NCBI RefSeq assembly: GCF_006345805.1 | Contig: NC_043006.1 | Location: 97,402,001 to 97,466,000, forward strand | DNA from: Octopus sinensis | Lineage: Eukaryota | Direction: 5' to 3' | DNA length: 64,000 nt | Shown: piece after piece, positions 24,030 to 36,273 of the stretch | Layout of the letters: each line of letters starts with the position of its first letter | How positions within the stretch are numbered: the first letter of the stretch is position 1 | Translations under genes and position numbers: made by a program | Notes under the pieces: generated by a model | The model's database searches: none | What the model was told of the DNA's origin: nothing | The model's input: only the letters and a program-made list of their open reading frames with translations

Positions 24030-25115
24030 TATTCAGCTATCATGCTCTATGAATTAGACTGTTAATTTTTATAAAATTTGAAATTTAGTCAAAAATTTAG
24101 AAAATTTGAAAAGCTGAAGATTTACAGACCTTAAAATTTGAATATTTGAGAAACTTAGCAAATTGAAATACATTGAAATAGTGAAAGAAGAAATTATTTT
24201 GTTTCCAATGATATTTGAAACAGTGTACTAACATTTTGAAGATATAGCTTTTAAATGCGAATTTACTACTCCATGTTCTGATTCTTCAAAAGGTTGTACA
24301 AAAGTCTTTAATTCAAGCTGTGGTTTATACCATAGAAGAAGAAGCGAGTTTGTAAAGAAGATAAGACTGGCATTTGAAACCATTCCACTTCACATATAGA
24401 GCTATTCCCTCAATAAAAGCCTCAATGACAAAATATTTGATTTCTCATCTCCTCTCAAAATATAATACTTCTTCGAAATACACCAGTATGTTTTTTGTTG
24501 TCCTTTCCCCACACTCTCATTCTGTTAGTGAAGATGTATTTGTATTTAAATGCGCGCACAAAATAGTAAGTGGTAAGCTTCCGGCAAACGAAGTCTGTGA
24601 CGTAGGATCGATTCCCGGTTGCTGCTATTGCACTTACTCCTCTAATGCTCCCGGGAAAGATACGAACATCAAAACATGAATCTCTTAACCAATGAACTCA
24701 ATAGTACTGATTACCTGCCGACGGCTGCTTCTTTCGTGAAAGGTCAATCGATTAACCTTTAACTTTTTTTTCAAGGCATTTTCTTTTTGGTTTGCGTCAG
24801 TTTATGATTTAACTCGATTCCGACTTTGATCGTTCAGTGATCGACAGCAATACATTTATTTTACATCTTTAAGATATCATTTCCGATGATTGGTTTTTTT
24901 TTTTACAGTACACAGTGTCCAGTCTCTGAAACATCTTTGCGTTTCGCCTAATAAATAACAGACAGTTATTAGCAGTAGATTTACAAAACATGATGGTAAA
25001 CAGTAAAAACAAACAAACAAAAAAAAACAACAACAAAAACTCAGAGTTAAACAGCTCTGTAAGCCACCTGAATACTCTTCTTGTTTTACATTACAAGCTA
25101 TGTTCTCCACGTGGA

Positions 25116-25352
25116 GAAAGGCGGCGAGTTGGCAGAAACGTTAGCACGCCGGGCGAAATGCGTAGCCGTATTTCGTCTGCCGTTACGTTCTGAGTTCAAA
25201 TTCCGTCGAGATCGACTTTGCCTTTCATTCTTTCAGGGTCGATAAATTAAGTACCAGTTACGCACTGGGATCGATGTAATCGACTTAATCCGTTTGTCTG
25301 TCCTTGTTTGTCCCCTCTGTGTTTAGCCCATTGCGGGTAGTAAAGAAATATA
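25116..25352 (+). mobile_element. SINE family B with 17-bp TSD
   Basis: TSD tatgttctccacgtgga at 25099-25115 and 25353-25369; Meta-like gcctttcattctttcagggtcgataaattaagtacc. Confidence 0.92.
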
Positions 25353-25628
25353 TATGTTCTCCACGTGGAATCTCTGTGAAAACAGTTGAATATTCTCTAT
25401 TAGTTTTGGTTTCACGTTAGGCAAATGTGCTGCTTTTAAAAGATCTCTTTGTTTATAGTATATACTGTAACACGCACAGATATAATAATCCACACACAAA
25501 TAAATACTCGTATGTCATTTGTTAACCATTGTTACTTTGTCTCAACCAGACTGCATTGATTCACTCAATTTTACCATTTCTTTTAATCAAACAAGTCGTC
25601 GCACCAAGATTTCAATACAGTTAATCCT

Positions 25629-26069
25629 AGGATATTTTCGGTTTGAACAGCAATTTTTTCTAGCGGTGTCATATGAAATTGTCACCCATAATTATGACCC
25701 TAGTATCGATCTATTGCATTTCAATCTGTTTTAGGGCTAGGGTTAGAGTTAGGGTTAGTTAGGGTTAGGACTAGGGGTGGGGGGAAGCTTTTTTTTTCTT
25801 CAGAAATGTAAATAAACCCAATCTGTTTCTTAAACGAGGGACATATTCATACGGCACAGAATGTTTTCACCTCAATAGACGTCATTGATTGGTTGAAATT
25901 GCAGAAATCGAAGAAAAGACAACAAATATCTTACAAACTATAGAATTTTCTCAATAAAGCCAAGAGAAAAAGATGTTTTATAAACACATTCTACCAGTAT
26001 ACGAAGTTTAAAAGTGTTTAGTTACGTGGAAATTATTTTTAAAAACTGCGGTCAAACCGAAAAGATCCT
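25629..26069. mobile_element. MITE with about 28-bp TIRs and internal TTAGGG-like array
   Basis: Left aggatattttcggtttgaacagcaattttt; reverse complement of right end aggatcttttcggtttgaccgcagttttt; TTAGGG variants at about 25732-25775. Confidence 0.8.
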
Positions 26070-26139
26070 CTTACAATTTACAAACCATGAATTACCTTTG
26101 GCTGTGCTATCCTAACTCCCAGAATGATATTATCGTCTT

Positions 26140-26365
26140 CTTTTTTATCTCTTACTTGTTTCAGTCATTTGACAGCGGCCATGCTGGGGCACCGCATTGA
26201 GGGATCCAAGTCGAGTGAATCGACATAAGTATTTTATTCTTTCTTTTAAACCTGGTACTTATTCTATCGGTTTGTTTTATCGAACCGCTAAGTTACGGAG
26301 ATGTAAACAAACAGTACTGGTTTGCAAGCGGTGATGGAGGACAGGCACGACGACACACACACACA
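26140..26365 (-). mobile_element. SINE family A 3' half (part of inverted duplication)
   Basis: Shares copy-specific variants with 21120-21345. Confidence 0.8.
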
Positions 26366-27197
26366 CATACATACTGATACCAGAACCGCGAAATGTGTAT
26401 GGCAAAGGCACTTAATTCTCGATAATTCAGTCTATCCAACCTCAAATTTATTCTGCCGGTTTTTTTTACCCACCGCCACCATAACACTTGTCATTGGGTC
26501 CTCAGATATCTTTAACGGAGTCCATTCTGCTTAAAATACTCGGACCGAGTTTCTAATCTGAGAATAACTGGACATTTTGGCACTTAATTTCCCGTTGCAG
26601 ATTACCATGAGGCGAGGTTTCTTTTCTTCTGTCACATTAATCCTGGAGTACCTGGAAACTTATGGGTTCCGATTTTTTTTTCAGGCTTAAACAAAAGAAG
26701 AGATTTACGCCAGACTCAGTCATAAAAAAAGAAAAAACTTAACGATATACTATAGACAATAGTGTTTACTCTACACAAGTGTCAAAATATATGATTCAAA
26801 CCACTGGCGTTCGACCGGAGTACTTCAGCTCACCTTTCCACCGAATAGTCTTTCAGAAGCACTCCTCATGTTTTGTAAAAGTAAACAGCTGATTATTTAA
26901 AAGCAAATCAGAGAAGCCAATTGTCCACAATGGTTTATTAACTATATTTGTCAGTATCCTATCCAGCATGTGCCTCTTTTTAGATATTTAGACTTGTGGT
27001 TCCTGTCTTGAATTGTTATAAAATTTCCGAAAGAGAGCAAGGGCTTATCTATTGTAGTTATATTGGACCTTGACACATCATCAACCATATTTCTGCTTCT
27101 TTATAATACAATGGCCTACGTGTGTATCTAATGCATATAACGGTATTTTTGAAAAGGTTAATGATGTAGCTTTTTGAATGTTAATATTGTAGCTTGT

Positions 27198-27350
27198 TAA
27201 GGCGGCGAACTGGCAGAAACGTTAGCACGCCGGGCGAAATACTTAGCAGTATTTCGTCTGTCTTTCAAATCCCGACTTTGCCTTTCATCCTCTTGGGGTC
27301 GATAAATTAAGTACCAGTTGCCGCAGTCCAATGACTGAAAGAAATGAAGA
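27198..27350 (+). mobile_element. Chimeric SINE: B head/Meta domain joined to an A-type terminal stem-loop
   Basis: ...gataaattaagtaccagtt|gccgcagtccaatgactgaaag. Confidence 0.6.
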
Positions 27351-27399
27351 CAATATTGGCATCAAGTTTTGGTATAAGATCAGGAATTTTAGGGGAGGT

Positions 27400-28290
27400 G
27401 GGTAAGTCAGTGTTCAATTAGTACTTATTTTGTCGTCTCTCAAAAGTTGAAAAAAAACTCGACCTCGACGGATTTTGAACTCAAATGGTAAAGACGGACG
27501 AAATTCCAATAAGCATTTCGCCAAGCGTGCTAACGATTTTACCCACAAGGGGTTAAACACAGGGAGGACAAACAAGGACAGACAAACGGATTAAGTCGAT
27601 TATATCGACCCCAGTGCGTAACTGGCACTTATTTAATCGACCCCGAAAGAATGAAAGGCAAAGTCGACCTCGGCGGAATTTGAACTCATAACGTAGCGGC
27701 AGACGAAATACCTATTTCTTTACTACCCACAAGGGGCTAAACACAGGGAGGACAAACAAGGACAGACAAACGGATTAAGTCGATTATATCGACCCAGTGC
27801 GTAACTGGTACTTATTTAATCGACCCCAAAAGGATGACAGGCAAAGTCGAGATGACAGGCAAAGTCGACCTCAGCGGAATTTGAACTCAGAACGTAGCGG
27901 CAGACGAAATACCTATTTCTTTACTACCCACAAGGGGCTAAATACAGGGAGGACAAAGAAGGACAGACAAACGGATTAAGTCGATTATATCGACCCCAGT
28001 GCGTAACTGGTATTTATTTAATAGACCCCAAAAGGATGACAGGCAAAGTCGACCTCAGTGGAATTTGAACTCAGAACGTAGCGGCAGACGAAATACCTAT
28101 TTCTTTACTACCCACAAGGGGCTAAACACAGGGAGGACAAACAAGGACAGACAAACGGATTACGTCGATTATATCGACCCAGTGCGTAACTGGTACTTAT
28201 TTAATCGACCCTGAAAGGATGAAAGGCAAAAATCGACCTCGGCTAAGCATTTCGCCCGGCGTGGTAACGTTTCTGCCAGCTCGCCGCCTT
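27400..28290 (-). mobile_element. Concatemer of SINE family B (one head, about four tandem bodies of roughly 190 bp)
   Basis: Units repeat cctatttctttactacccacaagggg...gaactcagaacgtagcggcagacgaaata. Confidence 0.88.
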
Positions 28291-29599
28291 TCTAGGTGTC
28301 TACCTATCACCCCACAAAGCGTTGGATTTTGGTGGACTGATGCGCCTTGAACTGAAAATTATGTAATCTATTGTTGCGTAATACTAAAAAATGTCAGCGA
28401 ATTGATAATTGTCTATTCTAATGTCTTTTTTTCTAGGAAAACTTTGCTTTGTGATAATTTCTGTTCTTATGTTCAATAGTGAAACACTTTACGGTAATAT
28501 ATTTTCTGATGAAATTGTTGCATCTTTGCCCAGTGTTTCAAATACGCTATTGTAATGTGTGTCTCACCAATGTGTCTCTATTGTAATAAAACTTAGGAAA
28601 GCAGCTAACAGTTGCTTATTCCACTGTGTCTACTACTGAAACGCAATGAGTCGGTCTTGTATAACATTTCCTATTGAATTTTGCATTATGTACTGAAAAA
28701 GCTGTTATTGCACTGTTTCTTTCATAAAAAAATAGATCCAATTAAAATCGAGAATTATTAATTATAAAGTGTCTTTGAGCAAAAGATCTGAAGAGCTGAG
28801 AAAGTTAATTTTTTATACGAACATGTCACTAAACAATTGATATAATGGATTCTGAATGTTGCTTTATTTTAATGTGTATTTGACGTAAGATACTCCGCAA
28901 AATATTTATTGCATTATCTGAAATGTTTACACTGTAATGTGTTTTTCCATGTTGAATATAAACGAATGTTTTTGTTTGCACAACTTTCACTTTGATCTCA
29001 TTCCTAATCTATTTCAGTTTGCTAGCATGTATTACGTTTCAACTTCAAAATGTTACTGAGCGGTTGCTTTGTTAAAGTATCTGCTACGTATCAGATCTGG
29101 ATATTTAGAAAACATTTCTTCCTATCATAAATTGTTAATTTATCACAGGAGACGCATTCATTTGATGTGGGAGATAAACACATTTTGAAAAAAAAGAAGT
29201 ATACCTAATTAATCTGCGAGCATTTGTGTATGTGTGCGAATGAAAGAGAGAGAGAGAGAGGGGGATAGAGAGAGAATGATGACGGCCGACATAGTGAAAA
29301 AGATGGGGAGAAATGGAGAGTAAGAGTTATGAATAAATATGAACCTGTTTTATGTCTAAAATGTTATCAATTGTTTGACTTGAATAAATAAAAATTCAGA
29401 AAGAAAAATGCAAATAGATAAAAAAAAAGGTGATAATTTAACAACAAAATTAATTGTACTAAATTAAAGAAATAATTGTTATGGCGAGCAGAATCGCTAA
29501 AATATTGTATTACATAACTTACTGCATTTTGATATGTATTTTGATGTGCTTTACTGTTCCGAGTCCAAATCTTACCCAGAACGACTTCGCTCTTAATCG

Positions 29600-29945
29600 T
29601 GGCACTCCGTCGGTTACGACGACGAGGGTTCCAGTTGATCTGATTAAAGGAACAGACTGCTCGTGAAATTAATGTGCAAGTGGCCGAGCACTCCACAGAC
29701 ACATGTACCCTTAACGTAGCTCTTAGCGTGACAAGGCTGGCCCTTTGAAATACAGGTAGAACAGATATAGGAAGAAAGAGTGAAAGAAAATTGTGGTGAA
29801 AGAGTACAGCAGGGTTCACTACCACCCACTGCCGGAGCCGCCTGGAGCTTTAGGTGCTTTTACTCAATAAACACTCGGTCTGGGAATCGAAACCGCGATC
29901 CTACGACCATGAGTCCGTTGCCCTAACTACTGGGCCATTGCGCAC
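29600..29945 (-). mobile_element. SINE with C-type head and D-type tail
   Basis: Head matches 14265 copy; tail matches 32270-32450. Confidence 0.8.
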
Positions 29946-30137
29946 CCATACGCCCTTAATAACTACGTGTAAAATACTGCGGATCTCTATAATCGATTAT
30001 ACGTTTCAAGGGAAGGCCTGAGTATGGTTGTGATCCAAAGAATGAAAATAGCAAAAGGAAAATATAACGAAAGACAAAAAAAAAGAAAAAAAAATAGAAG
30101 CGAACTGTGCAAAGCTATGTGGTTATTTCAACTCCAC

Positions 30138-30368
30138 AGGCGGCGAGCTGGCAGAAGCGTTAGCACGCCGGGCGAAATGCGTAGCCGTATTTCGTCTGCC
30201 GTTACGTTCTGAGTTCAAATCCGTCAAGGTCGACTTTGCCTTTCATCCTTTCGGGGTTGATAAATTAAGTACCAGTTACGCACTGGGGTCGATGTAATCG
30301 ACTTAATCCGTTTGTCTGTCCTTGTTTGTCTCCTCTGTGTTTAGCCCCTTGTGGGTAGTAAGGAAATA
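30138..30368 (+). mobile_element. SINE family B with 17-bp TSD
   Basis: TSD ggttatttcaactccac at 30121-30137 and 30369-30385. Confidence 0.92.
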
Positions 30369-30494
30369 GGTTATTTCAACTCCACCAATCTGCGCATATC
30401 GCAGATCGCTCCCCCGGCGCTACTTACATACGTGTGTAACGGACATCAGCTCGTCACTATTCACCGTCCGCTCGTGATAATGAAGTGTGAATGG

Positions 30495-30625
30495 GAAGGT
30501 GCGTAGCCCAGTGATTAGGGTGTTCGGCTTATGACCGTTAAGTATGAGTTCAATTTCTGACTAAGGTAGTCCGTTGTGTCCATGAACAAAACACTTCATT
30601 TCACTTTGCTCCAGTCAACTTAACT
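30495..30625 (+). mobile_element. Truncated CORE-like SINE head
   Basis: tagcccagtgattagg, gagttcaatttc, gttgtgtccatgaacaaaacactt. Confidence 0.6.
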
Positions 30626-30653
30626 TAACTCTACAACAACAACAACAACAACA

Positions 30654-30694
<41 letters not shown>

Positions 30695-31480
30695 ACAAGA
30701 CATTGAGGATAATACAGCATTGTGGGCATGGCTTGAGCGAGGTGATGTGAAGCGTCCTACTAAAAGCCTGATCATTGCTGTACAAGACCAGGCTCTTGCT
30801 ACCAATTCAGTGAAGTTTAACATCTATAAAACTTCTGACACCCAGAAAGGCAGACTCTGTGGAAAGAGTGTGGAAAATGTGACCCACTTGGTAATTGGAT
30901 ATAAGAGCCTTGCACAAAAAGAATAAAGCGCCGCCAAGATAAAGTGCTTGTGTATCTTCATTGGCTTTTATGCCGTAAATACTAATATGAAGTAACAGAG
31001 AACTGGTCTGAGCATGTACCAAGTTATGCAGGAGGATGGAAAAGTAACGATACTCTGGGTCTATGATTTTTAGACGGGTCGTATAATCGAACACTGTCGG
31101 CCGGATATTGTCATATTGAACAAGAGAGATCATTGTTGTAGCCATGCCAAATGACATGAGTGTGGTGAGTAGAGAGGTTGAAAAATCACCAAGTACTCCG
31201 CCGAATTGAAAGTGGAAATGGCAAGATTGTATGGAATGCGAGAGGGTAATGTAAAAGTGATACCAGTGGTGATAGGAGCGTTAGGCTCCATCCCATTGAA
31301 ACTTCAAGACTTCTTAAGGCAACTGGAAATCCCAGGCAAGATTGATGTGCTGCAAAAGTCAGCCATTTTGGGCACAGTGCACACCCTAACGAAAGAATTA
31401 TTTGTTTGAGGTCCTTGTTGTCACTTGACAGATGACTAAAGACAGCGGTGCATTTTTACCTACAATGTGTTACGAAGGAA
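30695..31480 (+). mobile_element. 5'-truncated R4/Dong-clade LINE (CCHC-like + restriction-like endonuclease region), (TAA)n tail
   Basis: IIAVQDQALATN...RLCGKSVENVTHL...RPDIVI...KVIPVVIGALGSIP...LQKSAILGTVHTL; preceded by (ACA)n(ACT)n and followed by (TAA)n. Confidence 0.88.
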
Positions 31481-31539
31481 TAATAATAATAATAATAATG
31501 ATGATGATGATGATGATAATAATTTCTACTAAAGGCACT

Positions 31540-31735
31540 AACCTGAAATCTGCGGGAAGGGGACCAATTAATTATATCGAACCCAGTGTTTCACTGGTAC
31601 TTAATTTATCTACACCGAAAGGATGAAAGGCAAAGTCGACCACGACGGAATTTGAACTCAGAACGTAAAGACAGACGAAATGCCGCTAAGCAGTTTGCCC
31701 GGCGTGCCAACGTTCCTGCCTGCTCACCGCCTTAA
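31540..31735 (-). mobile_element. SINE family B variant
   Basis: Reverse complement of head and Meta-like domain. Confidence 0.75.
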
Positions 31736-32127
31736 TAATGATAATGATAATGACGGTAGTAAAGATAATTGTTCCTGCTTTAGGCACAAAGCCAGCAATT
31801 TGCCTAAATAGATTCCATTAATTAACTGGTGCATTATTTTTCGAGACCAGAGGGTTAAAAGGCAAAATTGGCCACGACTGAATTAAAGTTTACTCGATGT
31901 GGGCTAAGTTTACTAGTCTGAGACGTATTGGAAAGTCGCTTTGAAAAGATTTGGAGCTATGAGCTTTGATTGCGTATGAATTGAGCAGGAAGAAGATAGA
32001 TTTTGTTACCTTCTCAGCGACCTTAGATAGCTCAAGGAAGAAGCACACGTACCGCCAGAGATCGCTTTCATAGAACTGACAGTATTTCAACTAGTTAGCT
32101 GATCTGAATTGTTATAACATCCTAAGT

Positions 32128-32452
32128 GAGGGCGCGTGGTTTAGTGGTTAGGGTATTCTGCGCACGATCGTAAGGTCTTGAGTTCAATAACAGGTGATGC
32201 GTTGTGTCCTTGAGCAAGACACTTTATTTCATCTTGCTTCAGTTCACTCAACTGGCAAAAATGGGTAGAACCTGTAATTCACAAGGGGCCAGCCTTGTCA
32301 CATTCTGTGTCACACTGAATCTCCATGAGGACTACGTTAAGGGCACACGTGTCAGTGGAGAGCTTAGCCACTTGCACGTGAATTTCACGAGTAGGCTGTT
32401 CCGTTGATCGGATCAGCTGGAATCCTCGTTGTCGTAACTGACGGAGCGGCAG
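32128..32452 (+). mobile_element. SINE with CORE-like head and D-type tail
   Basis: tggtttagtggttagg, gagttcaataac, gttgtgtccttgagcaagacacttta, tail ...ggaatcctcgttgtcgtaactgacggagcggca. Confidence 0.82.
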
Positions 32453-32844
32453 TTTATATATATAAGTAGAGTATATAATGCTCTGAGATGGAGGCTAATT
32501 GTATATGTACAGGTCTGCATCAAGTTATGTTCGCAATTGTTTCTAAGAGTCGCAGCTTAACTCGAAAAACGACGTAACACAAAAAACATCGCAAAATAAA
32601 TCATTAGCCTATATTCGTTTTAATAAATAATTTGTATATAATTTTCATAAGTATTTTGTTTGATTTTCCACATCCGTATTGGCTTTTTGGTGTTTTGTAA
32701 GTTTTTATGCTTTAAATATGTTTGATGATACCGATTTAAAGACGGATAATTAGATTGAAGTTGAAGTCTATTTTTCGCAATTATTTCTCTTAAAAAAGGA
32801 AAAAGAAAAAAGAGAAGACACAGAGATGGAAAATGAAGCAGATA

Positions 32845-34071
32845 TTAGGGTTGGCAAGAAACTAATTTCGTTTTTCGCAAATAGATAGAGTTAGGATTTT
32901 TTAAAATGATTTTTTTCCTTTTGACATTTGATAGCCGTCACTTTTAGCTTACTGTAGAAGCAAATTGTGCGTAATTTTTTCTTACAACTGTTAGTTCAGT
33001 GTCAATTATAACACGGAGTGCAAAAACGAACATCTTCGTCATACTTTGCTTTTTTTATTTCCGTAAAGGCAAGAAAGCTGCTAAGGCTCACAAAGAGATA
33101 GGGGAAGTTTATGGTGTTGATTGCGTAACAGAACACAAATGCCAGAAATGGTTTTTAAAAATCTGTTCTGGAGATTTTTCACTCAAAGATGACCAACGTT
33201 CTGGTCGACCCATGGAAGCCATAATTGAATCTGATTGTCATATAACTGTGCAAGAGATTGCAGATCACACACAGCAATTAAAAAATTCCTTAAAATGTCT
33301 TGGACTCGATATTTGGTTTCCACATAAATTGAAAGAGATTCCCTTAACACAATGAATCGATATTTGCGATATGCATCTCAAACGCAATGAAATCGAACTT
33401 CTTTTTAAACGAATCAAAACTGGTGATGAAAAATGGATTATCTACAATAACATCGATCAAAAACGATAATGGGCCAAGCGTAATAAACCGGCGCAAACCG
33501 CATCAAAAGCCGAATTGTATAAGAAAAGAGGTCCTGCTGTCAAGTAGGTGGGATTACAAAGGTGTTGTGTATTTTGAGCTGCTTCTAAGGAACCAAACGG
33601 TCAAGTCAGATGTTTACTGTTAGCAACAAATGAAACTGGAGGAAGCAATCAAAGAGAAACAGCTAGAATTGGCAATTTGTAAGGAATCGTGTTCCACCTT
33701 AAGAACGCTAGATCACACACCTCTTTGCTAACTCGTGAAAAATTATTGGAGCTTGGTTGGGAAGTGATGGCACGTCCACCATATAGATCTGGCCTTGCAC
33801 CATCAGATTACCATTTATTTCGAAGTTTGTAAAATTCTTTGAATGGTAAAACTTGACTTGAATGGTAAAACTTGACCTGAAATCGATTCAGTTTTTGGGT
33901 GATAAGGACCAGAAGTTCTATGAGCGCGGAATTCTGAAGTTGCCAGAAAGCTGGCAAAAGGTCATCGGACAAAATGGAAAATATATAATTGATTACAATT
34001 CATTCTTTGTATGAAAAAAAATTGACTTTTACTTCACACTAAAATCCGAAATTGCTTTCTTGCCAACCCAA
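32845..34071 (+). mobile_element. Full-length decayed mariner transposon
   Basis: TA-flanked TIRs ttagggttggcaagaaactaatttcg / (rc) ttgggttggcaagaaagcaatttcgg; about 1.23 kb. Confidence 0.92.
33010..33995 (+). pseudogene. Mariner transposase pseudogene (stops and frameshifts)
   Basis: FYFRKGKKAAKAHKEIGEVYG...FSLKDDQRSGRP, TGDEKWIIYNN, WDYKGVVYFELL, NARSH, PPYRSGLAPSDYHLFRSL. Confidence 0.9.
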
Positions 34072-34254
34072 TATCACCAAGGCATAATGGGAGAAAGTCG
34101 AAGAGTGTTAGTAAATGAAAGATATTCGAAGGACGGTGAAGCATTCTGATGATTGAATTAGCGATATTTGTAGTTTGTCAGTCAGTCACTGTCTGGTAAT
34201 TCTCATTTACTGATTATAAGAATACATGTGTCAATATAGAATTTATTTTAAGGG

Positions 34255-34632
34255 GGCGAGCTGGCAGAAACGTTATCAGGCCGGGCAAAATGCTTAGCGG
34301 TATTTCGTCTGCCGCTAGGTTCTGTGTTCAAATTCCGTCGAGGTCAACTTTGCCTTTCATCCTTTCGGGGTTGATAAATTAAGTACCAGTTACGCACTGG
34401 GGTTGATATAATCGACTTAATCCGTTTGTCTGTCCTTGTTTGTCCTCTCTGTGTTTAGCCTCTTGTTGGTAGTAAAGAAATAGGTATTTCGTTTGTCTTT
34501 AAGTTCTGAGTACAAATTCCGCCGAGGTCGACTTTGCCTTTCATCCTTTCGAGGTCGATAGATTAAGTACCAGTTGCGTACTGGGGTAGATCTAATCGAC
34601 TGGCCACCTCCCCCAAAATTTCGGGCCTTGTG
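34255..34632 (+). mobile_element. SINE family B dimer (second body with alternative tail)
   Basis: Junction aaagaaataggtatttcgtttg; tail tggccacctcccccaaaatttcgggccttgtgcctagag. Confidence 0.85.
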
Positions 34633-35432
34633 CCTAGAGTATACAGCAATATAAAATTTGTTTTGTCGTTGGGTACCCTATCAACTCAACCGTTAAAATA
34701 ACCAGCTGAGAGGGCAGTAGTTCGAAAATTGTCGGCATTGCCTATACTCAACAACCCGACCATTCGTTCTTCTTTTCTCACCTAATTCATTATGTGTATA
34801 TATGTGACAAGTCTGCAATAACACAGCCCTGTAAAATTGAAGTGTTTCGTTAAGCTTAGAATAGTAACTTGAACAAAACAAAAAAAGACTTCTATGATTA
34901 TAGTTCGAGAAGGGATGGCTCGAGTGAAGTATAAAGTTGTTAACTTGCAGTTAGAAGAGGGAAAACAACAGATGCAAACCTGACAGTCGGAAAAATGCAT
35001 GAAACTATAACTCATGTGTTGGTACAGTAGAAAATAATATGACAAGATACCAAGTACTGTTGAAACCAGAAATCTGGTTAGAATAAATTCAAAAGGGGAA
35101 CTCCGCTATAGGTACCTCGTTGGTAATTACTAGTGTTACGTAGGTTGTCATATTGTGTTTACCAATCCAAAATAGATAAGGTCTTCCGATGGACTTCGGT
35201 GCGATTTCCGTCTATCCAATATCACTCAGAATAAAACTGGGTTGATGCTTTGAGCCGACACGAGAATATGGGAGATAACACATGTTCGGAATGTAACACT
35301 GTGGGACTATATACAAAACTACGTCATGTATGAAGCCACGAGGTTAGAGTCTCTTGATCACGCGGTCACCCTTCATCACTATTCATTGATCTACACACTA
35401 GAAACACTGTTTACTTTGTGAAACACTGTATT

Positions 35433-35640
35433 TACTCTTTTACTCTTTTACTTGTTTCAGTCATTTGACTGCGGCCATGCTGGAGCACCGCCTTAAGTCG
35501 AGCAAATCGACCCCGGGACTTATTCTTTGTAAGCCCAGTACTTATTCTATCGGTCTCTTTTGCCGAACCGCTAAGTAACGGGAACGTAAACACACCAGCA
35601 TCGGTTGTCAAGCAATGCTAGGGGGACAAACACAGACACC

Positions 35641-35687
<47 letters not shown>

Positions 35688-35877
35688 ATATATATATATA
35701 TATACATATATACGACAGGCTTCTTTCAGTTTCCGTCTACCAAATTCACTCACAAGGCATTGGTCGGCCCGGGGCTATAGCAGAAGACACTTGCCCAAGA
35801 TGCCATGCAGTGGGACTGAACCCGCAACGATGTGGTTGGTTAGCAAGCTACTTACCACACAGCCACTCCTGCGCCTA
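35433..35877 (-). mobile_element. SINE family A, full length
   Basis: Reverse complement of the A consensus. Confidence 0.9.
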
Positions 35878-35923
35878 TCTTTGTTTCGTGATGATTCTGT
35901 GGTAATCGACTTATTATTTAAAT

Positions 35924-36273
35924 CAGGAGTTTTCAAACTGTTTTTTTTTTGTCTATGGAACCATTTGATTACTATTTTAATCTGGTGGGCCTCCGTAGCC
36001 ATTCGATGTTTCAAAACTAGTTTTATAGAAACTTTTTCGAAATTTCTATTTTGTTTTACACATACTTTGTATAGGTTGCACTATGTAAAATGTTAGAGAA
36101 AGAAGCCCAGTTGTTTCTTGCAATATATACCAATAGATACATCTAAAGCAAATTTTTTTCAATGGCCCTTGAAATATTATTCTGGATCTCCAGTTTATTA
36201 TTTTGTTTCGTGGACACCAAACATTCTTATATGGAACGACAGGAGCCAAATGGACCCAGGTTCAGAATCAATG
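35924..36273. mobile_element. Degenerate hAT/Charlie-type MITE
   Basis: Left caggagttttcaaact; right ggacccaggttcagaatcaatg resembles the reverse complement of cagtggttctcaacc. Confidence 0.45.

Noticed and set aside
25732-25775. True telomere or chromosome fusion site
   Set aside because: Short, degenerate and enclosed by MITE TIRs.
27541-28290. Regular 190-bp repeats as a CRISPR array or tRNA cluster
   Set aside because: Units are contiguous SINE bodies with no spacers and no cloverleaf.
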